A stretch of DNA of 64,000 bases from NCBI GenBank assembly GCA_038087875.1, contig CM075991.1:12774001-12838000 (forward strand). Reading direction: 5' to 3'. Source of the DNA: Malacoraja senta. Its lineage: Eukaryota. This document shows, piece by piece, positions 11,086-23,960 of this stretch. The number at the start of each line of letters is the position of its first letter. Positions within the stretch are counted from its first letter, which is position 1. The position numbers were made by a program, and so were the translations under genes. The notes below the pieces were generated by a model. That model saw only the letters and a list, made by a program, of their open reading frames with translations. It had not been told where the DNA came from and ran no database searches.

Positions 11086-14034
11086 CGAGAGAGTAAGCTT
11101 TCTCAATCCACGTTGCAATGTGGCACAGCTAGTGCGACTTTCCCTTGCAACTCCAGCAACCTGGGTTCAATCCTGACCTCCTGTCTGCTTGGTGTTTGCA
11201 CGTTCTCTCCACGTTTGGAAGAGCAGTTAATTGCCTGCTATAAACTTTGCAGAGGGGCAGAATATGGGGGAGTTGATGAGAGTTGGGAGAATTAAATGGG
11301 CTTGGAGTTTGACGGTCGGACGGTGGCCAAAGGGGCTTGTTTCCAGGTTTGCGTGACTAGTTTACAGGTCATCACCTCATCATGGGGATTATCACTGAGG
11401 AAATGATTGGTGCAGTGACTCTGTTCCAAAAACACTCACATCCCCAGATATGCAGACTCACAGTCAAGAAAACAGGATGACTTAAATTTCCTGCACTATT
11501 GTTCACTCATCAAGCAGTGTATCACACCTGATTAATGACTTCTAAACTCTCAGCGGCTAATATGCAAGGGGGGGGGAGGGGAGAGAAGCGTAAATGAAAG
11601 ACAGAATTAAGTGTTCAAGCCACCTGACTAACAAGCCACCTGAGCAACAAGCCACCTGAGTAATAAGCCACCTGAGTAACAACCTTGGTTCCAGGATACC
11701 TCTGCAATTCCCCCCTTGAAAGTCAGCCATCTTCCTTCCAAATAGTTCATCAGGTTGCAACTGAACCACAAGAAACCATAATATCGTAGAGAGTGGGTGT
11801 CCGAGATCCTATTTTCTTTCTATATATCTGTGGAATTCTTTGCCACAGAAGGCTGTGGAGGCCAAGTCAGTTAATATATTTGGCAGAGATAGATATTGAT
11901 TAGTACAGGTGTCAGGTTATGGGGAGAAGGCAGGAGAATGGGGTTAGGAGGGACAGATAGATCAGCCATGATTGAATGGCGGAGTAGACTGGATGGGCCG
12001 AATGGACTAATTCTACTCATCACTTATGACCTTCATGAAGAAGGTGCTCGTGGTCTGGCTTGATAAGAACTATGAAGCCAATATGCCCAAACTGTTCAGT
12101 TCAAGCTTGCACCAAATGGACATCACTCCATTGAGCAAAAGCCATGTGTAGGAAGGAACTGCAAATGCTGGTTTCCACCGAAGATCGACACAAAATGCTG
12201 GGGTAACTCAGCGGGTCAGGCAGCATCTCTGGATAAAAGGAATGGGTAACAGTTTGGAATGGGAAGAGTCTCGACCCGAAATGTCACCCATTCCTTCTCT
12301 CCAGAGATGCTGCCCGTCCTGCTGAGTTACTGCAACATTTTGAATCCATCTTCAGCAAAATAGTCACTTGTGCACGAATCTTTCAAGATTCTAAGTGCCT
12401 TAATTAATTTCTGGAATGGTTCAACTCGGATACAAAAATGCAATGTAATGCCAAATAATGTGTCACCATTTTCTTATCTTAGGGCAGAGAAGTGTATTAC
12501 ATGTAGTTTCTATCTATTCCTCAGTCATCTTTCTAATGCTTGTTACTCAGGGTGCAGATAGGATGAGGACAAGTCTGCTTGGATATAATGCCTACCAATT
12601 TTCTCTCTACACTTGGACACAACACTAAAAGTGAACCAGCACATTTAGAAGCATGGCACTTGGCAAACATAAAGTAGGTTGCTCATTATAGGATAAAAGC
12701 AAAATAAATAACCGTTAATTCTCCGATGAGGAAAACAAGATGTTTTGAGGTACTGTCATTTTAATTGCTGAAAATGCGTTGAGTCTCTATTTACAATATC
12801 CACAGGAAAATAGTTATTTTTGATTACAACTACATGTCTAACAGTCAGATTCAGTACATTACACAAGTTATTGTTCACTTTGAAAAACAGATTTAATATT
12901 GAATTTTATTTTACAAATGATTTGAAATCTTAGAAGTGCATACGTGTGTCAGGGGTTATGGGGAGAATGGGGTTAGGAGGGAGAGGTGGATCATGATTGA
13001 ATGGCGGAGTAGACTTGATGGGCCGAATGGCCTTTTTCTGCTCCTATCACAAGACCTTATAGCTTCCACTTAAAGCACTTTTTATTCAGGAAAGGAATAT
13101 TCTAATATGTATTTGTATTTTTCATCATTTTGCTGCAGTTTTTGGTCCACCACTCCTGATCTCCAGATAGCATCAGTGATCTGTATCATCAGTGGACAGT
13201 CTCACCTCACAGGCACAGGAGGCAGTGATGTATTCTTGGTCCACTTAATGGGAAAGTAAACAGGTACAATGGAGATATTTTTGCTTCAACAATCCCAATC
13301 ATAAATGTTATCGAATGAGAAGAGACTAAATCCTTGGGGAGACTTTTCTTATCTGCATTTTCAATGTTGTTTGTGAGTGAATCCTGTGGCACTTGGTACC
13401 TCCGGGTGACATCTGAGAGAGGTGAGGATCGAACATAAATGATTGCATTCTGCTGTCAGGCCAACCTAAGCTGCACAATACACGGGAAAATCACAAACAC
13501 TTTTTCCATTCACTGATTAATCTTGCTGATTGAGTTTATTCTCTACTTTCTGAGGGAGAATTGATTTTTGTTGTTGCACATTACAACAAGCTGGTTGAAG
13601 AAATACGACAGTGATATTTAAGATAGACAAAAGTGCTGGAGAAACTCAGCAGGTGCAGCAGCATCTAAGGAGCGAAGGAAATAGGCAACGTTTTGGGCCG
13701 AAACCCTTCTTCAGACTGATGTGATATTTGACTGAAGAAGTGATATTTAAGAAGCTGTTAGTAGCCATGGATATGCAGGGATGGAGGGAGATAGATCACG
13801 TGCAGGCAGAGGAGATTAACTTGGCATCATGTTCGGCACAGACATTGTGGGCCGAAGGGCCTGTTCTATGTTTTCAATAAATGAGCTGGTACCAATATCA
13901 TCCATTCTTGCTCTAATTTGCTTCCCTTTCCATCTTCTGGAGGGAGGTGGTTGGCCCTGTGAAGAGGTTCAGATGTTTGCAAGCTGTACCTGTTACTTAT
14001 TTTTGGGCACTTCTTTCTTGGGCTCACAAGTTCA

Positions 14035-14550
14035 CAAGTTATAGGAGTAGAATTAGGCCATTCGGCCCATCGAGTCCATTCCGCCATTCAATCATGGCTG
14101 ATCTCCGCCACCTAATCCCATTTTCCTCCCTTCTCCCCATAACCCTTGACATCCGTTCTAATCAAGAACTTTTCTATTTCTGACTTTAAAATATCCACAG
14201 CCCTCTGTGGCAATGAGTTCCACAGATTAACTACTCTCTGACTAAAGAAGTTCCTCCTCGTCTTTTTAAAAGAGCGCCCTTTAATTCTGAGGCTGTGATC
14301 TCTGGTCCTAGACTCTCCCACCAATGGAAATATCCTCTCCACATCCACTCTGCATTTTATTCTGTAAGTTTCAATGAGGTCTCCCCCTCAACCTTCTAAA
14401 CTCCAGCGAGTACAGGCCCAGTGCCGTCAAATGCTCATCATATGCTAACCAACTAATTCCTGGTATCATTCTTGTAAACCTCCTCTGGACCCTCTCCAGA
14501 GCTAGCACGTCCTTCTGCAGATATGGGGCCCAAATCTGCTCACAGTATTT
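14035..14550 (-). mobile_element. CR1 LINE 3' fragment
   Basis: ORF pieces YCEQIWAPY...LERVQRRFTRMIPG...LGLYSLEFRRLRG and RNFFSQRVVNLWNSLP are the CR1 ORF2 C-terminus; followed by the CR1 3' UTR. Confidence 0.88.
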
Positions 14551-16243
14551 GCTCATCCCTTGACCTGTTGACCATCGTGTCCACACCTGCCAGCCTTGGT
14601 GCCAGTGGGTTTGGAACCCTGAGGCTTCTTTGCTGCCAACTCTGGTCAGAGATATCATGCAGGAGCAAACTGTTCTCTTGAGTAGCGTTTGAGTTGGTCA
14701 AGTGTGAACCTGGACAACCGGTCCGTACACGCCAACACTGCCATCAAGCCCGATCCTTTCTACAAACTACAGACAACATTATTCAATAGGACACTTGCAG
14801 AAACAGAGATTCTTCCTGAATCCCACTTCCATTGCCAGCCCGTGTGTCCCAGAAACAAGATTTAGTTTGGTACCGGACTGGGATTGCTGCTGCCATCTTC
14901 CTTATCTGTAGAGTTTAAAACCACAGAAGGAAAACTTGAGCAAGCGCGGACAAAGTTAGTAGAAGTTCCTGACCCTTCAACCTATCTGTTTCAAAGTCAC
15001 TTCCAATAACCAGTTTCCTGCTGAAATATTGAATCGTGTTTAACGGTCTTTAGTTTTCCCAGTTCTCCCGAGGATAATAAAAATCTACTGTATCGTGTGG
15101 AAAGATCAGGCACGGCGGCTACCGGATTATTCAATTGTAGCTGATGATTTTCAACAGACTTCATCTGCTTCCATATTCACTTTTCTCAGGACAAACATAG
15201 ATTTATATGAATTAATTGTCATATAGAAACATAGAAAATAGGTGCAGGAGTAGGCCATTCGGCCCTTCGAGCCAGCACCACCATTCAATATGATCATGGC
15301 TGATCATCCAGAATCAGTACCCCGTTCCCGCTTTTCCCCCATATCCCCCGATTCTGTTAGCCCCAAGAGCTAAATCTAACTCTATCTTGAAAACATGCAG
15401 TGAATTGGCCTCCACTGCCTTCTGTGGCAGAGAATTCCACAGATTCACAAGTCTCTGGGTGAAAACGTTTTTCCTCATCCCTATGTAGAGGCAGTAGTTC
15501 CTGATCTATGGATTATTTGTTCACCATTATCACCACACACGAGTTTACAAGTTGAACCATCACACACTCATCACGGACTCTTTTTCCGCACAGTTTCAGT
15601 ATCAGAATGCAGCAAAGCAGAAGATTTTTTCATGCCCCATTAGAATAAACATTTATATTCTATTCATAATGCAAAACAATATTTGTAATGGATAAATAAC
15701 AACAGAATTGATGTCACAATTAACCCGTTGAGAATGTCGATCTGCTCCGAGGCTGTTTAGGTTTTAAGTACCACAGTTAGAACACAGCTCGTATATGAGG
15801 AGCCTAAAAAACAAATAATCCTATTTCAAATTCTGAAAACAAAAAAGCTTTCAAGTTCACCAATGTTGCTTGAAACGAAACCCGACTGATTAAGCGTTTA
15901 CCACAGACACAAAGTGCTGGAGTAACTCAGTGGGACAGGCAGCATCTCTGGAGAGAAGGAATAGGTGACGGTTCGGGTCGAGACCCTCTTTCAGAACACC
16001 CTCTCTCGACCCGATACATCACCTACCCATGTTCTCCAGAGATGCTGTCTGTCCCGCTGAGTTACTCCAGCGCTTTTTGTCTATCTTTGGTGTAAAGCAG
16101 CACCTGCAGTTCCCTCCCACACATAAGCGTCGACCATGTCTTCCCTGCTGTAGATGCAGCCTGACCTGCTGACAATCTCCAGACTGTTTCTGGTTTTATT
16201 TCAGACTTCCAGCAGTTTATGTTTTCTCTTTTGATCACAGTGT

Positions 16244-16441
16244 TTATAGTTGTTCTTGCGGACTTGCGGAAGGAGCGACTGGGGGCGATGATTTTGACGA
16301 TGGTATAGTGAAAACGATGATGATGATGATGATGATCAGCAGAACAAGAGCAATTATTACTCCCACAATCAGCTTCCACTTCCTATTTTTAAACCTTTCT
16401 TGCCGAGCCACAGCTTTTGAAGACTTCTGGAAAGTTTTACT
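16244..16441 (-). CDS. VAMP5: VAMP5-like R-SNARE, last exon (SNARE end, TM helix, S/P-rich luminal tail)
   Basis: ttttcacag|AGT...TAA; SKTFQKSSKAVARQERFKNRKWKLIVGVIIALVLLIIIIIIIVFTIPSSKSSPPVAPSASPQEQL*. Confidence 0.85.
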   Translation of the reverse strand, partial: SKTFQKSSKAVARQERFKNRKWKLIVGVIIALVLLIIIIIIIVFTIPSSKSSPPVAPSASPQEQL

Positions 16442-16834
16442 CTGTGAAAATCAGCACATACTATTAGGGAGGGTTCAGTAAAATACTCACACTGATTACA
16501 CCTACAAGATATTTTAAAATCTGAAAATTCTAGGTAATTCAAAACTACTTTACAGCAAATTTAACACTTCACATTTTGACTGCCACGTTAGTTAGAAATT
16601 GTGTACCTATCATTTGTAATCACATATTTTTGAGAGAATTTTGGCTGATTGGGTCAGATGGCTAATTGTATAACTCTATAACCAATTTGCATATTCATAA
16701 CATTCAATGTCCATTTCCTCTGAAAAAAGTTCAAGATTCATAAAGCAGTCTCTTGTTGGATGTAAAAAATAGAATAGGAGGGATGATTCAGTTGAAAAGG
16801 AACATTTTATGGGCTGTCCATTCCTCCCACAGAT

Positions 16835-16925
16835 GATACTTGACCCATTGAGTTCCTGCATCTGGATACTTGACCCACTGAGTTCCTGCATCTGGATTCT
16901 TGACCCACTGAGTTCTTGCATCTGT
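16835..16925. repeat. 30-bp tandem repeat x3 in the VAMP5 intron
   Basis: gatacttgacccactgagttcctgcatctg repeated three times. Confidence 0.85.
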
Positions 16926-17590
16926 TTTTTTTTTGCTACAGATTGTCCAGCTGGCTCCAAGGGTCAAACTTGTGCTTTCTTTCTGTGTTGGCTCCACAGC
17001 AGAATGTGTTCCCTAGGAATGGACAACCTACTGAAGGTGGGTTGTGACCTGTCTCTGTAGAGTCAGATCTGGACCTGAATTCTACTGTTTTGTATTATAT
17101 TTCCATATGAAAAATAAGGAAGACATTTGGCTTGTTAAATCTATGTTGGTTGACAGAATGACCACATCAATCCCATTCTTCCGATTATTTCCGGTACCCC
17201 ATTCTCTTTCACGCCCTTAACTCTCCCATTCTCCTGCCACCACCTACACTATGGCTATTTTACAGCAGCCAATTAACCGACCAACCAGCAGGTCTTTGGG
17301 ACAAGGGGGGGAATCCAAATTCTGCCATTGTTACCAGTCTGGGCCTATATGACTCACTACACAACAATGTGTTCACACTTAGCTGCATCGTCAGATCAGA
17401 AATAGGGATGGATGATAAATATTGGCATGTCCGGTGATAGTCCAATCCCATGAATAAATAGATACAAATCAAAAAATTTGCATGGAACGAAGATGAACTA
17501 ATATGTTTTAAGTTGCTTATGATAGACTGATATTAATGAAGATGTCAAAACAGCAAATATTCCAACAGAAAAGCCATGGGAATGACTTAC

Positions 17591-17728
17591 AGCTGCCAAC
17601 AGCTCTTCAGCCCTTTCATCTAGAACTTCCAGTTTCTCTCCTCGATCCTTCACTTTATCAACATTCAAATGCATAATCTCCAATACCTCCTCCACGTCTT
17701 TATGCATTTTATCCATTTTGTCTGGCAT
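17591..17728 (-). CDS. VAMP5: VAMP5-like R-SNARE, first coding exon (exon 17591-17737; total protein 111 aa)
   Basis: tttcag|gccacaattATG...GCT|gtaagt; MPDKMDKMHKDVEEVLEIMHLNVDKVKDRGEKLEVLDERAEELLAA with the zero-layer Arg (DRG). Assigned to VAMP5 by position next to VAMP8 and the extended luminal tail. Confidence 0.83.
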
Positions 17729-19354
17729 AATTGTGGCCTGAAATAAATTGTCACAGTAAGAAATTCGGAAAGACGTTGGAAAGTTCATGACGGGATTACA
17801 GAATACAAATCATTCGCTCTGCCTCAGGGAAAACTGCTGTTCCCACTGCCTTTTATCCCAATGTTATTCAACAGTATTTTATCCCAATGTTATTCAACTC
17901 AACTCCATACAAAGGCCAGACTGGGAAGACACAATTCACAATTATATTTCACTGAGCATTACTTCTGTTTGGACAAAATACACTGGCTTAATCAGTGAAA
18001 CATGAATCCTGGCGTTAACCCAACTGAAATGTGACTGGGTTACTGTTCCAACATGTACCTGTCCACTTAGTTAAACACTACATGTGTTTACACGTTTTTA
18101 ACCTAATGCATACCAATATTAATTCACACTTTCATCTTTATTGCCATGAAGTGAACATTCACAGCCTTTTTCCACAGAGTAGATGATTCTAAACTTAGTG
18201 AGATTTAAGAGGAACCTGAGGGGCAGTTTTTTACTCAGTGTCGTCCGTATCTAGAATGAGTTACAGATGATTCTATGGAAAAGGATACAATTCTGACATA
18301 ATTAAAGACATTTGTACAGATATCTGGACAGGAAGGTTTAGAGTGATAAGGGCCAAATGTAGATAAATTGGACAAGCTAAAAATGGTGGTTTTAATTGTA
18401 CTGTACCTCAGTATACGTGCATGGGGCAATAAACACTCTCTCGTACCCCTTTCCCCTCACTCTCAGTCTGAAGAAGGGTCTCGGCCTGAATCGTCACCTA
18501 TTCTTCTCTCCAGAGATCATGCCTGTCCCGCTGAGTTACTCCAGCATTTTGTGTCTATCTGCAGAATAAACTTGCCTTGTTCCGTGGCGTTGGTTCTATG
18601 CCAATGAGCTCACGATATCAGGCACCTTATTCGCACGTCAAAGGGCCATCGCACTGATCGGCTGCTACAGTCAGCAGTTCCTTTTGACCTTCTGCACAAC
18701 AGGGAGCAGTGTGTGATGAATGTAGTGAGTGTGTGTGGGTGTGGGACGTGCTGGCTGTGGATGAACGAGGTACGTGTGAGCGATTTCAGAAGCATAAAGG
18801 CACAGTAGGAGACATGGCCAGGACCAGACTACTCCTGGCAGTCCCATGGTTCACTCATTCTCACCATAGTGGCTGCTGTATGAATGTAGACAACGGTCAC
18901 TAGATGGGAGTTAAGTCAAGAGTCAAGATGGACACAAAGAGCTGGAGTAGCTCAGCGGGTCAGACAGCATCTCTGGAGAAAAGAAACATTATCACAACTC
19001 TGGGTCAAGACCTTTCTTCAGACTTCCTTCAGTCACTAGATAGGGTTTGCTGCTCTTGCCCGACTGCATGGAGTCATCGGACACTTTGCTGCCGGGGTTG
19101 GTGGTAGAGGCAGATACGGTAGTGACATTTCAGGGGCACTTAGATTTGCAGGGAACGGAGGGATATATGGACCATGATCAGGCAGAGGAGATTAGTTTAA
19201 CTTGGTATCATGGTCAGCATGGACAATGTGGGCCGAAGGGCCTGTACCTGTGCTGCACTGTTTGAAGTTCAATGGGGCAGGAACTAGGGACACCACCATT
19301 GCGTTGATCCACCTGGCCATTTCTACCTTGTGCTGTTCACCTTTGCCCTGGCCG

Positions 19355-19553
19355 GTGTTTCAGGGCTGGTGTTTCAGGGCTGGTGATTCGGGGCTGGTGT
19401 TTCAGAGCCGGTGTTTCAGGGGCTGGTGTTTCAGGGCTGGTGATTCGGGGCTGGTGATTCGGGACTGGTGATTTAGGGCTGGTGATTATGGGGCTGGTGA
19501 TTCAGGGCTGGTGTTTCGGGGCTGGTGTTTCAGGGACTGGTTTCGGGGCTGGT
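19355..19553. repeat. G-rich 13-14 bp minisatellite
   Basis: (g/a)gggctggtg(t/a)ttc repeated about 14 times. Confidence 0.85.
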
Positions 19554-19669
19554 GGCCGCTCCCAGGTCTGTCTGTCGGTCTCTCCTTCGACTTAACTCTC
19601 CCCAAGATGCACCGTGACCTTCAACAACAGTTGTATCCCCTCTTACAGAACTTCAACCAACAGTGTTGG

Positions 19670-20295
19670 TTCGCCATGCATCACAGCCCAATCTGGTGAA
19701 GGCACATTTAGAGTATTGTGCACAGTTTTACAGGGATGTTGCCAGAACTCGGGGCCTGAGCTACAAGGAGAGGTTGGGCAGGCTGGGACGTTATTCCTTG
19801 CAATACAGGAGGACGAGGGGTGATCTTATACAGATGTGTAAGGTCATGAGAGGAATAGATCGGGTCGATGCATAGAGTCTCTTGCCCAGAGTAGGGGAAT
19901 CGAGGACTTGAGGACTCGGGTTTAAGGTGAAGGGGAAAAGATCTAATAGGAACCTGAGGGGTAACTTCACACAAAGGGTGGTGGGTGTATGGAACGAGCT
20001 GCCAGAGGAGGTAGTTGAGGCTGGGACTATCCCAATGTTTAAGAAACAGACAGGTACATGGATAGACAATAGACAATAGGCGCAGGAGTAGGCCATTCGG
20101 CCCTTCGAGCCAGCACCGCCATTCAATGTGATCATGGCTGATCATCCCCAATCAGCACCCCGTTCCTAACAGGATAGGACAGGTTTGGATGGATATGGAC
20201 CAAGCGCAGGCAGGTGGGACTAGTGTAGCTGGGACACGTTGGCCGGTGTGGGCAAGTTGAGCCGAAGGGCCTGTTTCCATACTGTATCACTCTGA
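19670..20295 (+). mobile_element. CR1 LINE 3' fragment(s)
   Basis: LVKAHLEYCAQF...LSYKERLGRLG...RRTRGDLIQMCKVMRGIDRVD plus CR1 3' UTR; interrupted by an antisense CR1 tail at about 20060-20165. Confidence 0.82.
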
Positions 20296-20439
20296 CACTA
20301 AGTGACAATGAGTTGTGATAATGTTCGGGCAGACAGCCCTTGAGCTACTGATGCTGAATCAGAGCAATGGGTCGCCATGAGGCCACTAGCTCCTAATGGA
20401 CTTTTAGCCGGACTCTGTGCGAGGTGTTGTGGACATTGA

Positions 20440-20900
20440 GGGGGTTGAAGCCACCGTGTCCCCGCTGCCTGCAGCACTCGCTGCCCCGGTGTAGGCCGAG
20501 CCCAGAGCCGCCGAACAACAGCCCACCCACCCACCCCACTCGCCCCCCGCCCCCCGTCCCCGGGCCGGTCCAGTAACCGCGGGTCCCGGCGCTCTCTCAG
20601 TCTCTGCTCCGCTTTAGCGGGACCTGGTCTAGAGCTGCCCCGGGAACGGCGCCTCGTCAACCCGCTTGCAAACTTTACATCCAGGGCTCTCTACTTTCGC
20701 TTTCCCACCGCCCCAGCCCGAGGTGAAGTGACACAGACGGACACAGAGTGTAGTTAGTAGAGTCTAGTTGGACCCACACTCACCACCGCCTTGCATCAAC
20801 CGGGCCCGGGATACATCTGCTGCTGAAGTGAAGGCGGCCGGAGTTTCCCCGCCTCCACTTTCCCGTCAAACAAGTCCCATCTCTTCCGGGTACCCGCACT
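20440..20900 (-). promoter_or_regulatory. CpG island, probable VAMP5 promoter and non-coding first exon (donor after 20784)
   Basis: Strong local CpG/GC enrichment, GC boxes, and a minus-strand donor GGTG|gtgagt at 20783; no ATG in frame with the VAMP5 CDS seen just upstream of the donor. Confidence 0.55.
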
Positions 20901-20907
20901 CACTCTC

Positions 20908-21273
20908 TCACACCCGCCCGCTGGAGGTGTGTGTATGTGAATGAGTGTGAGTGTGAGCGGTGCCTCCCTGTAACACCTGCCCGCTGGAGGTGTGTGTATG
21001 TGAATGAGTGTGAGTGTGAGCGGTGCCTCCTTGTAACACCTGCCCGCTGGAGGTGTGTGTATGTGAATGAGTGTGAGTGTGAGTGTGAGTGTGAGTGTGA
21101 GCGGTGCCTCCCTGTAACACCCGCCCGCTGGAGGTGTGTGTATGTGAATGAGTGTGAGTGTGAGCGGTGCCTCCCTGTAACACCTGCCCGCTGGAGGTGT
21201 GTGTATGTGAATGAGTGTGAGTGTGAGTGTGAGTGTGAGTGTGAGCGGCGCCTCCCTGTAACACCCGCCCGCT
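20908..21273. repeat. Compound minisatellite, 63/81-bp units with a variable (gagtgt)n tract
   Basis: Anchor ctcc(c/t)tgtaacacc at 20964, 21027, 21108, 21171, 21252. Confidence 0.92.
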
Positions 21274-22607
21274 GGTTTGTCACTAGTTGTTCAACACTGT
21301 CTGAAGAAGGGTCTCGACCCGAAACATCACCCATTCCTTCTCTCCAGAGATGCTGCCTGTCCCGCTGAGTTACTCCAGCATTTTGTGTCTGTCTTCGGTT
21401 TAAACCAGCGTCTGCAGTTCTTTCCTACACAATATTCCAGGTATAATCATTCCCGGTATTCCTCAATTGTGTGACCACTCATGCTTCACAGTGCTGGAGG
21501 AACTCAGCGGGACAGGCAGCATTTGTGCAGGTTACATGGGCAGGTGGGCGTTTTAGATCAGGGCCCTTCTTCAGACTCCATAGATCAAGACACAAAGTGC
21601 TGGAGTAACTCAAGGGGCCAGGCAGTCCCACAAATACTATTTGTTCTGCTGAGTTCCTCCAGCACATTGTGTTTTGCTCACGATTCCAGCATCTGCAGTT
21701 TCTTGTGACTTTAATTTAGACTTTAGAGATACAGCATGGAAACAGGCCCTTCGGCCCACTGATCCCATGCCGACCAGCGACCCCCCCCCCCTGTACAGTA
21801 GTGCTACCCTACACACTAGGGACAAGTTATAATTTACAGAAGCATTGAGCTAATGTAAGTGGAGGTGTGTGTGGTGTGTAGAGGATTGTGTGACTGCAGC
21901 TGGGCAAGACAAAGGCTTCTACTCCTCTGCCTCTTATCCAACAGAAACAAATACTGACTACAGTTTATGTTACCAAGTCATTTCAACAGAGTCAGGAGTG
22001 TGCAGGAAGGAACTGCAGATGCTGGTTTACACCAATGATAGACACAAAATGCTGGAGTAACTCAGCGGGTCAGGCAGCATCTCTGCAGAGAAGGAAAGGG
22101 TGATATTTCAGGTCGAGACCCTTCTTCAGAAAACATCACCCATTCCTTCTCTCCAGAGATGCTGCCTGTCCCACTGAGTTACTCCAGCATGTTGTGTCTG
22201 TCAAGATTCAAGATTGTGTAATTGTCATATGTAGCAGCCACGGAACTATGACATTCTCATCAGATGCAGCTTAACAGGGAAATTAATGTAATGACATGCA
22301 GATAAATATATAATAATCAATAATACATTACACTAATAACCATAATGCTAGGTCACTATACTAGTGCATTAATAAAGTCCAGAGTGCAAACAGTGACACT
22401 GTCCATTGTAGATCTGAGGTAGTGGTTGGTGTTGTGTATTTTTTAAGAGGCTGGTGGTTGCTGAGATGAAACAAGGAACTGCAGATGCTGGTTTACAAAA
22501 AAAGCACAAAGTGCTGGAGTACCTCACCGGGTCAAGCAGCATCCTTGGAGAGGTGACGTTTTGAGGCGGGACATTTCTTCAGGCGTCTGAAGTAGGGTCC
22601 CAACCAC

Positions 22608-22805
22608 GAAACGTCACCTATCCATGTTCCCCACAGATGCTGCCTCACCCGCTGAGTTACTCCAGCACTCTGTGAAACGTCACCTATCCATGTTCTCCAC
22701 AGATGCTGCCTGACCCGCTGAGTTACTCCAGCACTCTGTGAAACGTCACCTATCCATGTTCTCCACAGATGCTGCCTGACCCGCTGAGTTACTCCAGCAC
22801 TCTGT
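22608..22805 (+). repeat. 66-bp tandem array x3 of Penelope pLTR sequence
   Basis: Units begin gaaacgtcacctatccatg at 22608, 22674, 22740. Confidence 0.92.
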
Positions 22806-22975
22806 GTCTTTGTTTCTGTTCTTGAATCTGGTGGTCATGGCGGTGGTGGTAGTGGAATGAGAGCTAGGCCAGGCTGGTGTGAGACTATTACAATATCAGC
22901 TGCCTTTTTGAGTCAACTCCTGCTGTAGTTCCCTTCAGTGGTGGAAAAGTCAGTATCTGTGTTGGACTGGGCAGT

Positions 22976-23893
22976 TTCAGTTTAGTTTATTGTCACGTGT
23001 ACCGAGGTACAGTGAAAAAATGCGTGCTAACCAGTCAGCGGAAAGACAACACATGATTACAATCGAGCCATTTACAGTGTATAGATGACCCTGTATAGAT
23101 GTATACATGATAAGGGAATAAAATTTAGTGCAAAGTAAAGCTAACAAAGTCCGATCAAAGGATAGTCTGAGAATCACCAATGAGGTAGATAGTAGTTCAG
23201 CACTAGCTCTCCGGTTGTGGTAGGATTATTCAGTTGCCTGATAACAGCTGGGAAGAAATTGTTCCTTAATCTGGAGGTGTGTGTTTTCACACTTCTGTGC
23301 CTTTTGCCTGATGGGAGAGGGAGAAGAGGGAGTGGCCGGGGTGCGACTCGTCCTTGATGATGCTGCTGGCCTTGCCAAGGCAGCGTGAGGTGTATACTGA
23401 GTCAATAGAAGGGAAGGGAAGTTGGTTTGTGTGACGGTCTGGGCTGCGTCCACAATTCGCTGCAATTTCTTGCGGTCTTGGATGGAGCTGTTCCCAAACC
23501 AAGCTGTGATGCATTCTGATAAAATGCTTTCTGTGGTGCATCTGTAGAAGTTGGTGAGAGTTGTAGGGGACATGCCGAACTTCCTAAGCCTTCTAAGGTA
23601 GTAGAGGCATTGGTATGCTTTCTTGGTTGTTGCTTCAATAGGAAGTTGTTGGTGATATTGACTCCTAGGAATTTGAAGTTTTCAACCATCTCTACTTCAG
23701 CACTGTCAATGCAAACTGGGGAATGTGAACCGGTTTGTTTCCTGAAGTCAATCACTATCTCCTTTGTCTTCCCGACATTGAGAGAAAGATTGTTGTCTCG
23801 ATACCAGGACACGAGGTTCTCAATCTCATTCATAACATAACATAACGCAACATAATTTCGTTCAGACCGAAAGGTCTGAATGACAATAAAGGA

Positions 23894-23933
<40 letters not shown>

Positions 23934-23960
23934 CATTCCTGTACTCCATCTCATCACCAT
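22976..23960 (-). mobile_element. Rex1/Babar-like LINE 3' portion (frameshifted RT C-terminus)
   Basis: NNLSLNVGKTKEIVIDFRK...VENFKFLGVNIT, LTNFYRCTTESIL...WFGN, SHPGHSLFS; 3' tail gacaataaactaaactg. Confidence 0.82.

Noticed and set aside
20900..21368. His/Thr- and Cys/Glu-rich ORFs
   Set aside because: Artefacts of a minisatellite whose units are multiples of 3.
22608..22805. CRISPR-like periodicity in the 66-, 46- and 34-bp arrays
   Set aside because: Head-to-tail repeats with no unique spacers, no cas genes, and a eukaryotic context.
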